Source of the DNA: Candidatus Heimdallarchaeota archaeon
Lineage (GTDB): Archaea > Asgardarchaeota > Heimdallarchaeia > Heimdallarchaeales > Heimdallarchaeaceae
Assembly: GCA_019057815.1 (NCBI GenBank)
Contig: JAHLWR010000013.1
Span: 53,873-117,872, forward strand
DNA: 64,000 bases
Direction: 5' to 3'
The translations under genes were made by a program, and so were the position numbers. Of the stretch, positions 49,814 to 60,928 are shown one piece after another (position 1 is the stretch's first letter; each line of letters begins with the position of its first letter). The notes beneath the pieces are model-generated. The model saw nothing but the letters and a program-made list of their open reading frames with translations. It ran no database searches and was not told where the DNA came from.

Positions 49814-50428
49814 ATGACAATCAATAACATAAGAAAGAATGAAAAGGTTTTCAAAGATATTGGTATAGAATCCTTTTGGCACATTACTCATCTAGAGAAT
49901 TTATCAAGGATATTAATTAGAGGTATTCTTAGTAGAAAAGAATGTGAGAATCTAGGAATAGATTTTTTTGACTTATCAAATTATGAGGTTCAACATAGAC
50001 GAAGGAAATATCATGATCATGTACCCCTCTTCTTTGCAGATGATACACCAATGCTTTATGTATTAATTAAAAAAGAAAAAATAGCTGAAACGATTCTTCT
50101 TGAACTTGATAAATCTTTAGTAAATGATTATGAAGGAATTATATATGCAGATGGTAATATAGCTTGTAATGAAACAAAGGAATATAATTATATAGAATCT
50201 TTAAATGATTTTGATTGGCATATAATATATAGAAAAGGTCCTACACTCTCTAGAGAATGGATAAGAATTAGATCTGCGGAGACATTAGTTCCAAAAAGGA
50301 TTAGTCAAAAATACATTAAGGGAATACATGTCCAAACACCTACCGAGTACTACAAAGTTTTGAATATTATTTCTAAAACAAAGTACAAAACAGATGTAAA
50401 AATTAGTTTATCAGAAAAAGGTATTTAG
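49814..50428 (+). CDS. darT: DarT ssDNA ADP-ribosyltransferase toxin
   Basis: WHITHLENL..IL..GILS, HDHVPLFF..DTPMLY, DGN.A, RSAETLV (catalytic Glu). Confidence 0.88.
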   Translation: MTINNIRKNEKVFKDIGIESFWHITHLENLSRILIRGILSRKECENLGIDFFDLSNYEVQHRRRKYHDHVPLFFADDTPMLYVLIKKEKIAETILLELDKSLVNDYEGIIYADGNIACNETKEYNYIESLNDFDWHIIYRKGPTLSREWIRIRSAETLVPKRISQKYIKGIHVQTPTEYYKVLNIISKTKYKTDVKISLSEKGI

Positions 50429-50446
50429 TAATCTGAATGAAAATTA

Positions 50447-51262
50447 TTGGTAATAGAAATGAATTTACAAAAAGAAACTATAGATAATATCTCTTTCTTT
50501 AGCGGAGATATCTTAAAAAGTCAAATGCAAACGTTAGTAAATACTATAAATTGCAAAGGGATAATGGGTGCTGGACTTGCTCGTGATTTTAAAAAACTGT
50601 TTCCTCTCATGTATGAAGATTATAGAGAAAAAAGTAAGAATAAAGAGATTAAAGTAAGTAAACCTTACATTTGGAAAAATCTTGAAATAACTAATAAAAC
50701 AGTTTTGAATTTTCCCACAAAGAATCATTGGAAAGAACCATCTAAAATGACTTGGATAGATGAAGGATTACAATATTTCATCGAAAATTACAAACAATGG
50801 GGAGTAACATCTATTGCTTTTCCTGCTCTTGGATGCAATTTAGGAGGGTTGACTTGGATAGAAGTTAAACCATTAATGATTAAACATATTTCAAAATTGG
50901 ATATTCCTGTTGAAATTTACGAACCTGATTTAACTTCTATGGAGAAAGCACTTGAAAAAATTTCAACTGAAATTAACTCTAAATACAGGCAGGTTGTTGA
51001 AAAAATCTATTTAAAAAGAGAGATATTCTCTAAACAAGATGAATGGACTAATTGGAAAACAACTAAAACCATAGGTGTAATAATGATACTAGCAGAGCAA
51101 AGACATATCAAAGAAATAAAAGAAATTGTTAGAAAAGCTGAAAATATTCATAAAATCGAGATAAATTTATCTTTAATAGAAAAAACAAAAGATGGTTTGA
51201 AGGAGATAAAGGAATTCAAACAGAAGCAAATGAAATTAGATGACAAGAAAGAATTTAAATGA
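50447..51262 (+). CDS. darG: DarG macrodomain antitoxin with atypical C-terminus
   Basis: VNTINCKGIMGAGLA, NFPTKNHW, SIAFPALGCNLGGL; directly follows darT. Confidence 0.88.
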   Translation: MVIEMNLQKETIDNISFFSGDILKSQMQTLVNTINCKGIMGAGLARDFKKLFPLMYEDYREKSKNKEIKVSKPYIWKNLEITNKTVLNFPTKNHWKEPSKMTWIDEGLQYFIENYKQWGVTSIAFPALGCNLGGLTWIEVKPLMIKHISKLDIPVEIYEPDLTSMEKALEKISTEINSKYRQVVEKIYLKREIFSKQDEWTNWKTTKTIGVIMILAEQRHIKEIKEIVRKAENIHKIEINLSLIEKTKDGLKEIKEFKQKQMKLDDKKEFK

Positions 51263-51510
51263 TGCAAATACTAAGCTGAAACAACTCAAAGATATATTGT
51301 ACTCCCTAGAAAACAAAGAAAAGGAAGATTTATCAAGATTTTTATTAAATACAATAGAACCAAATCGTTTATGTTTTTCTGATGCTGGAGTAGTCTGATT
51401 TTCTACTATCTTTTCAACAAATTTTAAATATTGATAATAATAAATTAAGTGTTTAATAAGAAAAACTGTTTAAGCTAGAATAGAGAAAAGAGCAGTATAC
51501 TAAGGACAGA

Positions 51511-52359
51511 GTGAATCAAGTGAGTCAACAAATATTTAAAATATGTAAATTAGAATTTAACAATTTTAGATCGATTGATCATGTTGTAATTAATAATATA
51601 GATAACATAACTATATTAGTTGGTCCCAATGAAGGGGGAAAATCAAATATTTTAAATGCAATAGCTTGGAGCTTCTCAGATAAGGAATTATCAAGAGATG
51701 ACACACCAACAAAAATATTAGGAAAAACAAAAAAAAATAACATTATTGCTGATGTTTTTATTGAGATACTAAATCCGAATGAATATATCACCATCCTTTC
51801 AAAGAGAATTTCAGAGGAATTGGAAAATCTGGTAAAATCTGATATGATGCATCTGACAAAACAAACTTTCAAAGAAATAAGATTCCTAAGAATGCAAAAA
51901 AGAAAAGATGGTTCTAGATTCATTTCTTTCTATGATAGTAATTTTATACCGCTGAGTTCATTGAAATTATTGGAAGAAAATTTGGAAATAGAATTTCAGA
52001 TAAATTTACAAAATATCGATACCTTTCAAGAAAGGATTAGAGATATTTTTAGTAATGGTTTATTGCAATTAATGGATGAAAAACATGTGAATTATAATGT
52101 AAATAATTTAGCAATTCAAATTGATAATCTTCTCAAAAATCAACATTTTAATCAAATGACCAATTATATCACGGAAGCGTTAAGAAAGATAGTTGAAAAA
52201 CATAGTGGTGAATCTACTGAGAAGGAAAAATATAAAAAAGAAATTCTGAAAGAATGGAGAACATTTTCTGTTGACAATATTCCTAAATGCATCAGAGGAA
52301 TTGAGATTTCTTCTTCCAGAATTTTAGTTATTATTTCATTTTTGTTTTTTTCCAGTTAG
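51511..52359 (+). pseudogene. Truncated ABC-type ATPase (AAA_15/OLD-like N-terminus)
   Basis: NNFRSI...LVGPNEGGKSNILNAI; no Walker B or nuclease half; aberrant hydrophobic end. Confidence 0.65.
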
Positions 52360-52598
52360 TATAGCTTCCCAAACCTCTACTTCAAAATCTTCAGATATCG
52401 TAATACATTCTTTATCTCGAAGCTATATGTTTGTTTTTCGCATGAATATTAGTAAATTCACAACTGCTAATTTCTTATAACCAACATCAATTTCGATTTT
52501 TTAAAATTATTTTTCTATTTATAAATAAATTGTGCTTCAGTTTTTTAAAGCAAAAATTCAGAAGATAGAGAAATTGTAGATTTAAACTAGGAAATTAT

Positions 52599-53462
52599 TT
52601 AGTACCAACATTCAGATTTTCCTTCTCTTAACCAATTGATGTATTCTTCTTTAGGATTAATGCAGAGGATTTCCCATATTTTTTCAAAATCTGTTAAACT
52701 CATTTCTCCACGATCTAATAGATTTTTAGGACTTGGTTCTTTTTCATTTTCTTCACACCAATAATTAGTGTGTCGCATAAATAGAAAATAAAATTCCTTT
52801 TGCTTATATTTGTGCTTATATAGCTTAAAAAGTGGGAGTTTTATACCTTCAAGAGCGCTCACAACACCTGATTTTGCATCATTTCCTAGCACTATAATCA
52901 ATCTTGCTTTTGTAATATCTAAGATATCTATTAGGTGAGTTTTTGCACATTTTTTTATTAGTTTAGTCGTTACAGCCTTTCCTTTTTCGGATTTACAATG
53001 AACAATATCAGTTATTGCGTAATCTAATCCTAATTTTATTTCATTTATCCGTTTACCTGTAATTTGGCTATACAACTTCATTATCTTCGACCAATTAGCT
53101 ATAGAGAAATAATCTATTTTACCATTTTTCTTTGGCTTCAGTAAAACTCTTTTTCCATCTTTTACCCATACTTTTCTTCCATTCCCAAAGCGGTTTGTAA
53201 AAAAATCTTCAATAAAATCTTTAGTCCAATTATCATCATATCTTGTTGGATATTCCTCTTCTAAATTAATACTTGGATTTTTTCCTATGAACATTACAGG
53301 TGATTTAGTTATCTCTCCTGACCAAGGTTCAGGTACTTGCCATTTATTTTCATTTCGTTGAATGTCAATTATCGCTCTACATTCAGATTGAGGAATATCA
53401 AATTCTTCACAATTTACAATTTTAAATAAGATTTTTCTACTTTTGACAGTCATTGAAATCAC
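52599..53462 (-). CDS. Uracil-DNA glycosylase superfamily protein
   Basis: PEPWSG....PVMFIGKNPS, TDIVHCKS, IIVLG, MRH. Confidence 0.75.
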   Translation of the reverse strand: MISMTVKSRKILFKIVNCEEFDIPQSECRAIIDIQRNENKWQVPEPWSGEITKSPVMFIGKNPSINLEEEYPTRYDDNWTKDFIEDFFTNRFGNGRKVWVKDGKRVLLKPKKNGKIDYFSIANWSKIMKLYSQITGKRINEIKLGLDYAITDIVHCKSEKGKAVTTKLIKKCAKTHLIDILDITKARLIIVLGNDAKSGVVSALEGIKLPLFKLYKHKYKQKEFYFLFMRHTNYWCEENEKEPSPKNLLDRGEMSLTDFEKIWEILCINPKEEYINWLREGKSECWY

Positions 53463-53500
53463 TTGTTTCGCTATTGTTCTACCAAAATATTTCGACCAAC

Positions 53501-54265
53501 CTATATCCTGTATATAGTATTGTTCTTAAAAGGAATCCATTTCTCATTTCTTGTTAAAGGCACTGTTGCAATCACTATAGCTTTTTCCTCTACTGGTTTC
53601 ATTAATAACTCTACTTCTTTACTTTCTGATTTAATTGCTTCGGTATATGGTGGTTTTCTTTCCACATAATATAGTCTATTCCCTTTGCTATAAACATACA
53701 TTTTTTCTCCATCTGATAACAAGAAATTAAATGATCCATATTCCGCTATTCTTCCTGTTATTTCATTTAATTTATCTATTATTTCTCTATCTGTTGCTTT
53801 CTTTCCTAGTTTTCTCATCTCTTCCATTATTATACAAAATGCTAACTCTAAATCACTCTCATCTTTGGGTTGATAGCTTTCTAAGGAAGTTTGTAAGAAC
53901 CCTTTTTTCATGTCTTCTAACATTTTCTTTTTGTTTAAATGACCATTATGAGCAAAAATCCAATTCTTACTAAATAGCTCTCTCATAAATGGATGGGTAT
54001 TTTCTATTGTTTTTCTTCCTACTGAAGCATATCTTATATGTGAAATAAACATCTTTCCTTCAAACATCAGAGGATTGGTTATTATCTTTCCTACTTTCTC
54101 GCTTGTCATTGCCATAATTGGCTCTTTTTCAACTATCCATTTGTTCATACTATAATGTGCATATCCCCAACCTTGATAGTTTCTATTTGAGTGTTCTTTT
54201 AGAATCTTAAATGAGAAGGAGATGTTAGTTTCTTTATTACAGCTTACTCCAAGCAGTTCACACAT
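53501..54265 (-). CDS. Class II glutamine amidotransferase (YafJ-like Ntn hydrolase)
   Basis: MCELLG N-terminus, GWG, HIRYAS, NTHPF, FAHNG, IATVPLT. Confidence 0.92.
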   Translation of the reverse strand: MCELLGVSCNKETNISFSFKILKEHSNRNYQGWGYAHYSMNKWIVEKEPIMAMTSEKVGKIITNPLMFEGKMFISHIRYASVGRKTIENTHPFMRELFSKNWIFAHNGHLNKKKMLEDMKKGFLQTSLESYQPKDESDLELAFCIIMEEMRKLGKKATDREIIDKLNEITGRIAEYGSFNFLLSDGEKMYVYSKGNRLYYVERKPPYTEAIKSESKEVELLMKPVEEKAIVIATVPLTRNEKWIPFKNNTIYRI

Positions 54266-54584
54266 AAAATGCTGATTAGAACTTAAGCTTATAATAGTTA
54301 CTACTTAATTACTGTGAATTCATTATATCATCAAGACTTGATTATGTGATTATACCAATAATTCTGGGGTATAATTTTCATCGTCTCATTCAGAACACAC
54401 ATGGTTCTTAGAATACAGTCGTTCCATCAAAGAAGTTGACCCTTTAGAAGCTTTAGCATAGGTTGATTGGGATAAAGAAAGATTCCAGAGAAGAGGAGGG
54501 ATATATGAATGATAAAATGTGTTTGCTAAAGTAACTCTTAATTCTAAAAGAAAATAAACTTGATACAGATCATTTGTAGAGAAT

Positions 54585-55223
54585 TCACTTTCCTTGTACT
54601 TTAATAATTAGATATCGAAAAATACCTTTTTTATCTTCCAATTCAGAATAATTAGTCCATCTCATTTCATATTTTCCACTTAGTATGATTGCACCTTTTC
54701 CGTTTTTAGTTCCGTTAGAAGTTCCTTTTCTCCAGTCTAATCTTCCTGAAACTTTTCTTCCTTCAAATATCTTGAATTCTTCGTCGTCAGTTTTATTGGT
54801 TTTTTCATTCCAATAATTTGAATCGTTGGTTAAAAGAATCACAAAACCTATAGAGCTACTGGAATTGACCAAATACTCCTCAATCCGACTTATATCTTCT
54901 AAAAAACCATGTCTCCCTTGATCTCGAGCAGTTTGATTTGTTAAATCAAAAGTTCCTATCTTGTCTTTGAAAGGTTCTTCCAGCGCCAGAGTTTTATATT
55001 TTAGCTCTATAGGAATTTCTTCATTTGAAAAGGTATCAATCACTAAAATATCTATATGCTTTCGCCTTCTTTCTTCTCTCTTAAATGGTTTTTCGAGCAA
55101 CAAATTCAATTCTGAATATTCTTCTTTTATCTTCCATGCCAAAGCAAATTGAAAATCTGCTTCTGAGTGGAAAATTGGTCTTTCCTTACTCAGTTCGGTC
55201 AAAACTCTTCTTAGATTAATCAT
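54585..55223 (-). CDS. Putative PD-(D/E)XK nuclease
   Basis: HSEADFQ, HIDILV...PIELKYK. Confidence 0.65.
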   Translation of the reverse strand: MINLRRVLTELSKERPIFHSEADFQFALAWKIKEEYSELNLLLEKPFKREERRRKHIDILVIDTFSNEEIPIELKYKTLALEEPFKDKIGTFDLTNQTARDQGRHGFLEDISRIEEYLVNSSSSIGFVILLTNDSNYWNEKTNKTDDEEFKIFEGRKVSGRLDWRKGTSNGTKNGKGAIILSGKYEMRWTNYSELEDKKGIFRYLIIKVQGK

Positions 55224-55619
55224 AATTTTCCACCTTTGTAAAAAATTCCTTGCTTTTATGGATACTCACAATCGATATCTATGAGAGTATTAAAATTATA
55301 AGTGTTAAAAAACTTTCGAAATTAAGTTATGGTATTATTGGTTCTTCAACTAATATCCATTTCTTTTTTTGATAATATGCAGATTCCCAAACATGGTAAT
55401 TTCTAATAGAGTGTTGTTGTAGAATTTCAAAAGAAAAAGAAATGTTTATATCAATATTACAATTTATTCCAAGGAGTTCATACACGAATTCTTGAAATTT
55501 TAACAATGGTTCTTAAAATCCCTTCTAGATCATTGCAAAACAATTATCAGAAATAATTAAATCTCTAATGAATTACTGATGCTAACTAAAGGTAAGGATC
55601 TAGAAGAGTTTGAGAATCT

Positions 55620-55958
55620 TTAGCGTTTTCTTCTTTTCTCAGCTTTTTCTAAAATCTCTAGAATATTTTCCCTAATTTCTTCCAATCTTTGATATGGTTT
55701 TACTATTATGCAAAAAATCCCTTTTTGGGTATATTTCTCTTCTAGTTCTTTCCTGTAACTACTCTTTACTTGAAGAGGAATTTCTTTACCTTTTATTGGA
55801 TAAATTAGAAAGTCTATTCCAAACAGATCATCTCCACTAAATGGTGTTGTCCAACCGAAACTTTCGATAACTCCCTCTCTCTCCAATTTTTCTAAGACTT
55901 TACTTACTTTTCTCTCTGCCCTGTCTCCTTTTTCATCGGAGTTATCGTAAAACAACAT
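55620..55958 (-). CDS. Small PD-(D/E)XK-like nuclease
   Basis: GDRAE, GIDFLI...PLQVKSS. Confidence 0.6.
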   Translation of the reverse strand: MLFYDNSDEKGDRAERKVSKVLEKLEREGVIESFGWTTPFSGDDLFGIDFLIYPIKGKEIPLQVKSSYRKELEEKYTQKGIFCIIVKPYQRLEEIRENILEILEKAEKRRKR

Positions 55959-55959
55959 T

Positions 55960-56423
55960 TTAAAACACTACAAACCTAGTTAATGAATAAACTGAATATT
56001 TTTTTTTAAATTCATCTATCGACTTATTAGCTAATTTATCTGCTCTTTTATTTTCTTCTCTTCTAATATGATTATTTTCAACCTTTTCAAAAAAACCTCT
56101 TTCGCTTTTACTTCTGTGAACAACACTTTGAGTTTCTCATCTCTTATCCTATATACTCCTATTAAATGTTTTACAAGTAATTCTGAATCGCTCAAAACAT
56201 GGATCTTACCTCTACAGATTCCTTCACATTTATCCAAACCAAATATCAATGCTTTATATTCTGCTTTATTATTTGTCAAATAACTGCCCGAATACTTCTT
56301 TCCTTCAGCTAGAATGTTTCCATCCATATCTTAAATAACGCATCCAGCTCCAGCTTTTCCTGGATTCCCTCTTGAGCATCCGTCAACAAATAGTTTAATC
56401 TCAAAACATTTTTTGCTAGACAT
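55960..56423 (-). pseudogene. rnhA: Ribonuclease HI pseudogene
   Basis: LFVDGCSRGNPGKAGAG, then in-frame TAA at 56331-56333, TNNKAEY, SDSELLV, then a frameshift at the A7 run (56089-56095) before HIRREENKRADKLAN. Confidence 0.88.
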
Positions 56424-56459
56424 CAATGTTAAAAGAGGAAGCATCATTTATAGATATTT

Positions 56460-56687
56460 TCAAAAAGAAATGAAAATGGTAAAAAACTTTAAAAAAATAC
56501 TAGATTCAAACTGGTTAAAAACTATGATATCTGGGATAAAGCCTTTGATAATGATATTATGTAGAGGATAATCTTTAGCATTAAGTTGGGTATAAGCTGG
56601 ATGATTATCTATCCAGAGACGATATTTTGAGTGTTCAGCAAGAAAATCAAAGGTTTTCTTAACAACATCTACCTCTTCCATCTCCAT
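56460..56687 (-). pseudogene. Probable nuclease gene fragment
   Basis: Ends shortly after FIPDII with an aberrant tail. Confidence 0.35.
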
Positions 56688-56775
56688 GAAGTAAGATAAT
56701 TAACTAAAGAAGTTTACGATTTTCATTGTAGATACATTTTAGAAATACTTGATAATGGATATGCAAAAGAATAAC

Positions 56776-56994
56776 TTAATCAGTTTCTTCTAAGATATTA
56801 GAAAAAAGAGCTTTCATCTCTTCTCTAGAATAGCTGATTGATTCTCTTATCGTGTTTAATTTTACTCCAAAATCATGTTTTTGCTTTTCTAGCATTTTAA
56901 AGAAAGTACTAATTCTTGTAACTTTCAATATATCTGATTCTTCAGAAAATTCAAAACATTCTTCATGTTTTTCCATCAATTTCAGGTTATCCAA
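56776..56994 (-). CDS. Hypothetical protein or gene fragment
   Basis: 72-aa ORF with protein-like composition only. Confidence 0.35.
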   Translation of the reverse strand: MDNLKLMEKHEECFEFSEESDILKVTRISTFFKMLEKQKHDFGVKLNTIRESISYSREEMKALFSNILEETD

Positions 56995-57247
56995 AAGCTT
57001 ATGAAAAGATAGCTCAGATTTGAACGGATATGCAAGGTTATATTACTACAACAACTATGTTCCTTTGGGTTTTTGAGTCAAATAAGAAACAAAGAGGATA
57101 CAGATATATAGACATTCTTGGACTGAAAGAAAATGAAACAGTCGTAGTCAATGTGACAACAAATCTTGATGATAAAGTGAAAATACAAGAATATCCCTGA
57201 ACATCAAAATTTTTTGAGTAATTTTGAAACATTTCGAACTGATTATT

Positions 57248-58720
57248 TCACATATTTATTGTTTTACTCAGAAGTTTGTCGCATATGAGTGTCATCTCAT
57301 TTGTAACATCCGAGGAAAAATTTACTTCTTTGTCAAAGAATCTATGTGATAAATCATTTCTAATCATTCGACATTTATTGATTTTTTGTATCAAATCATT
57401 TGGCAAAATTTCCAGCATGAGGAGAACATCTGTTTTTATTGTTATTGACCAATTAGGATTTTCAATCATTTTTTTGATTTTTTTCTTAGGTAGAATTCTT
57501 CCTTTTTTCTCCTCTAGATATTCTTTCCAGACAAAATTTATTAATCCTTCAATTAAAGACCATCCAATTAAAAATCCAGCTTCATATGCTTCTTTAATAA
57601 ATAATGTTTTCATTTCTATATACAAATTAAAAAGAACTTTGATTTTTTCAGGAATTTTACTTGTTTTATCCAGCACTGATAATAAATCTTCTTCTGAAAC
57701 TATTATGAATTCTTGACTAAAAACTTCATAATCTATAAACCTTTTATTCATTATCCAATCCATTCTACTATCCTTTATTGATTTTCTTTCACTTATTTTC
57801 GAATTACTTAAATCAAAAATACTAATCCCTAAATCTTGAGGTTTAATACTATGTGTAATCCTCCCAAAGAAAGAAAGAATACCCATTAATGAATTTAAAC
57901 TTTCCAATGCTTCTGCTCTTTTTTCGCAAATAACTTCAATATATCCAGCTTGAGTTATAGAAAAATGTATATTCCAAAGGTGAAATATTATATGTGTATT
58001 CATCCTAAGTATTTTTCCTACTTGAATCCCCCTAACTTTGCTTTTTAAATCTGTAAACGGATCTCTACCTATCCATAAATTTGGATAAATAAAACATCCA
58101 TAGCTTTTTAGTTTATTGTTTGCTGAAACAACTCTCTCTTCAATTGGTTGAAATATTTCTTCTCCTAAATATTTGGCTTTTTCTGTATTAAATAACTTAT
58201 TTATTATAAATTCAACATCTAATGAGATGGTGTCATCAAAATACCACTCACCACCATTTCCCCAGATCATTATGCCAAAATCAAATTCTTCTTCATTAGG
58301 AGATGATTTTTCAATAGATCTAAAAATCCGTTTTGGTTGTTCATCATAAATTTGCTTAGCTCTTAATTGCGCTATGTCTCTATGTGTTTTTACTTTGAAT
58401 TTGAAATGTTTTGAATAAACTGATGGAAGTGGAACATCAAAAAAATCTGAATTTGACCAAATTGAGAGTTCATCTAGAATATTTTCATAATCACAATGAA
58501 CTATTATAATCTCCTTATCAGGTAATGTTGGGAGATGAGTAAAGAAAATATACTGTTGATCAAAAGGATATAACCAAATAACATGAAACTGAACTGGTGA
58601 TCTAAGATCTACCAATTTACTAATTTGTTTTATCCCTTCTTTTTTATATCTCATTCGATACTTCTCAATAACGGAGACTAGAAATTGCTTTAATTCTTCT
58701 TTGTTATATGGTATATCCAC
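57248..58720 (-). CDS. Protein with C-terminal HEPN-like domain
   Basis: FLIGWSLIE helix and Rx4H motif RNDLSH near the C-terminus. Confidence 0.7.
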   Translation of the reverse strand: MDIPYNKEELKQFLVSVIEKYRMRYKKEGIKQISKLVDLRSPVQFHVIWLYPFDQQYIFFTHLPTLPDKEIIIVHCDYENILDELSIWSNSDFFDVPLPSVYSKHFKFKVKTHRDIAQLRAKQIYDEQPKRIFRSIEKSSPNEEEFDFGIMIWGNGGEWYFDDTISLDVEFIINKLFNTEKAKYLGEEIFQPIEERVVSANNKLKSYGCFIYPNLWIGRDPFTDLKSKVRGIQVGKILRMNTHIIFHLWNIHFSITQAGYIEVICEKRAEALESLNSLMGILSFFGRITHSIKPQDLGISIFDLSNSKISERKSIKDSRMDWIMNKRFIDYEVFSQEFIIVSEEDLLSVLDKTSKIPEKIKVLFNLYIEMKTLFIKEAYEAGFLIGWSLIEGLINFVWKEYLEEKKGRILPKKKIKKMIENPNWSITIKTDVLLMLEILPNDLIQKINKCRMIRNDLSHRFFDKEVNFSSDVTNEMTLICDKLLSKTINM

Positions 58721-58838
58721 ACATAATTACTAGAACTAGACCTTTATCTTTTTTTCTTTTTCGTAGATAATTCTTAAAAATAGCTACATTTCACTATATA
58801 ATACTGATAATTTAAAAGACTTAGAATTTGGAGGATGT

Positions 58839-59054
58839 TTGTTGTACATTAAAGATAATAAAATAAACCTAAAAGAGAAAGATTATCTGAAATCATTAAT
58901 ATATGTTGATGCATTAATTGAAATTAGATCTAGTTGTCCTACACCCTTTGCAATAGGCTTGTTTGGAGGATGGAGAATTGGAAAAACATCTATTGTATTC
59001 ACTTTATCCAAATTAGATGAACAAAATCTTTTCTCTGGATTTCACATGAGTTAG
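58839..59054 (+). pseudogene. KAP-family P-loop NTPase fragment
   Basis: TPFAIGLFGGWRIGKTSIV (degenerate G.WG.GKTS); stops ~25 aa later. Confidence 0.75.
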
Positions 59055-59292
59055 AGCTCCCATGATTCGGAAATTCTCTGATTTCCACTATTTTAACAAA
59101 AGTGCTTTCATTTCTTTGATTTCGAATAATGAGTTAAGGCTTTTCATTATTATTCTTTCTTTTCTTGTAATCTAACTATAATTCTTTCTTACCTCCTTTA
59201 TATATCATTTGAGTAACTGTTTTTCGATTTTTGTTTTATTAGAACCAAACATAATTCATTTAAATAATGTAAATAGTGAACTGTGAGATAAC

Positions 59293-60411
59293 ATGAATGG
59301 TTTTTATAAAGAATGGAATGAACTAGAAAAATTCCATAAATTAACTAGAGATTGTAATCCATTAAAAAATGAAGGGGTTAAAGCGTTTTTAGAATTATCT
59401 AAGTTCGCTAAAAAACTTAAACTTAAAGTCCCTAAACATCCATCATATCGTGTTAGGTTTGGTAGTAATGTTCATTATAGTTGGTTAATTAAAACTAACA
59501 AATTGGTTAAGATCATTTCAGAAATTCCAAATTATGAACCACGAATCAAGAAATTTTTCAACAATGATAATTATTTTGATTCTCTATCTGCGCTTTATGA
59601 ACTAGAAATGGCATTAAAATTCAAACTACAAGGTTTTGAAGTTGCTTTTACAGATGAAAAAACTCTTGATAAAAAACCAGATATAGAAGTTAAACTAGCT
59701 GGTAGAATATTTAATCTTGAAGTTACATCTTTAAATAATCCTGATCAAGATAAAGAGAAACAAGAATTTCATTTGCAGTTAATGAATTTAATGCTAAGGC
59801 ATAATGTAGAGATTGCAGGTAATATAATTGATATTCCAAAAATAATGCATAACAATCTTTTACAAGAGATTGAAAATAGAATCGTTGAATCCAAAGAAAA
59901 GGGAGAAATAACTAAGATAATAGAAGAAGGAAAATTAATTCTTGAAATTGCTCCTAATCGGAGTACTGAAAAATTAACTCTTACAGGATTCCATTTTGTT
60001 AATAAGGAATTAAAAAATATCGAAGATAAGGTCAATCAAGTTATCAAAGATAAAAGCGGTCAACTCAATGTTAACCAAAATCCTGGTATTCTTTGTATTT
60101 ATAGTGGGAGTAGAACTTTTAATATTGAAAAATTATACACTAAAGCTTACGATAAAATTAATCCTTATCTTCAGACAACACCAAACCTATCAGCTTTAGT
60201 TCTTAGTTCATACTCGGATTTTTATCCTTCTGAAACATTGAATCATTTAGCATCATCAATTGGTTCTAAAACATTAAGTGTATTAAAATCTGGATTTGGT
60301 GAAACAGAACAGTCAATCATTTGGAAAAACAGTACTGCTCCCTATGAATTACCTCCTGAATTTATTGAATCCTATGAAACTTTTGATCATCAAATAACAA
60401 AAATTCTATAA
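59293..60411 (+). CDS. Putative PD-(D/E)XK nuclease-domain protein
   Basis: LYELEMA...KKPDIEV...FNLEVTSL. Confidence 0.65.
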   Translation: MNGFYKEWNELEKFHKLTRDCNPLKNEGVKAFLELSKFAKKLKLKVPKHPSYRVRFGSNVHYSWLIKTNKLVKIISEIPNYEPRIKKFFNNDNYFDSLSALYELEMALKFKLQGFEVAFTDEKTLDKKPDIEVKLAGRIFNLEVTSLNNPDQDKEKQEFHLQLMNLMLRHNVEIAGNIIDIPKIMHNNLLQEIENRIVESKEKGEITKIIEEGKLILEIAPNRSTEKLTLTGFHFVNKELKNIEDKVNQVIKDKSGQLNVNQNPGILCIYSGSRTFNIEKLYTKAYDKINPYLQTTPNLSALVLSSYSDFYPSETLNHLASSIGSKTLSVLKSGFGETEQSIIWKNSTAPYELPPEFIESYETFDHQITKIL

Positions 60412-60614
60412 TAGTTACTCTACTGAACTTATCTTTGATCAACATCGTTGCGAACTTTCTTGTTCTAACTGTGGTACTGTTATCCATGATAGATCCTTTG
60501 TTTGTTGATTCTCTTCCTAGATTTTATTTTACTTGAAGAATAGACTATGACAACGATAATTCGTTCTCTACTCTCTTCTTGAAATAGATTTAAATTTCTA
60601 TTATCTATTCACTA

Positions 60615-60869
60615 TTGATGACTGAAGAAGAACGAGAAATATATTTTAAAAGTTCATTCGATAGACTCCCTTATTCTTGGGAAAGGATGAAATGGATTAA
60701 GGAAACAGAAAGAAAGATAGATATTGAGAATGTAATTACCTGGGAGATAACTAGGTATTTATACCATTCTGGAACACTCAGCTATGTTAATGGTGATTAT
60801 CCATCTTCTATTCTTTCTATTTCCTCTGCAATTGACTCTTTTTTATCCTCAATCATTTCAGCTCTATGA
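60615..60869 (+). pseudogene. Probable N-terminal fragment of a HEPN-like protein
   Basis: SYVNGDYPSSILSISSAIDSFL helix pattern followed by an early stop. Confidence 0.35.
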
Positions 60870-60928
60870 TATCTTCTAACATACTATTTAAATACGCTAA
60901 TTTTATTGAAATTGAATTGTAATGAAAA

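Noticed and set aside
56331-56333. Stop-codon readthrough or recoding in rnhA
   Set aside because: The codon is TAA, the common stop in this window, and the gene also has a frameshift; decay is the simpler explanation.
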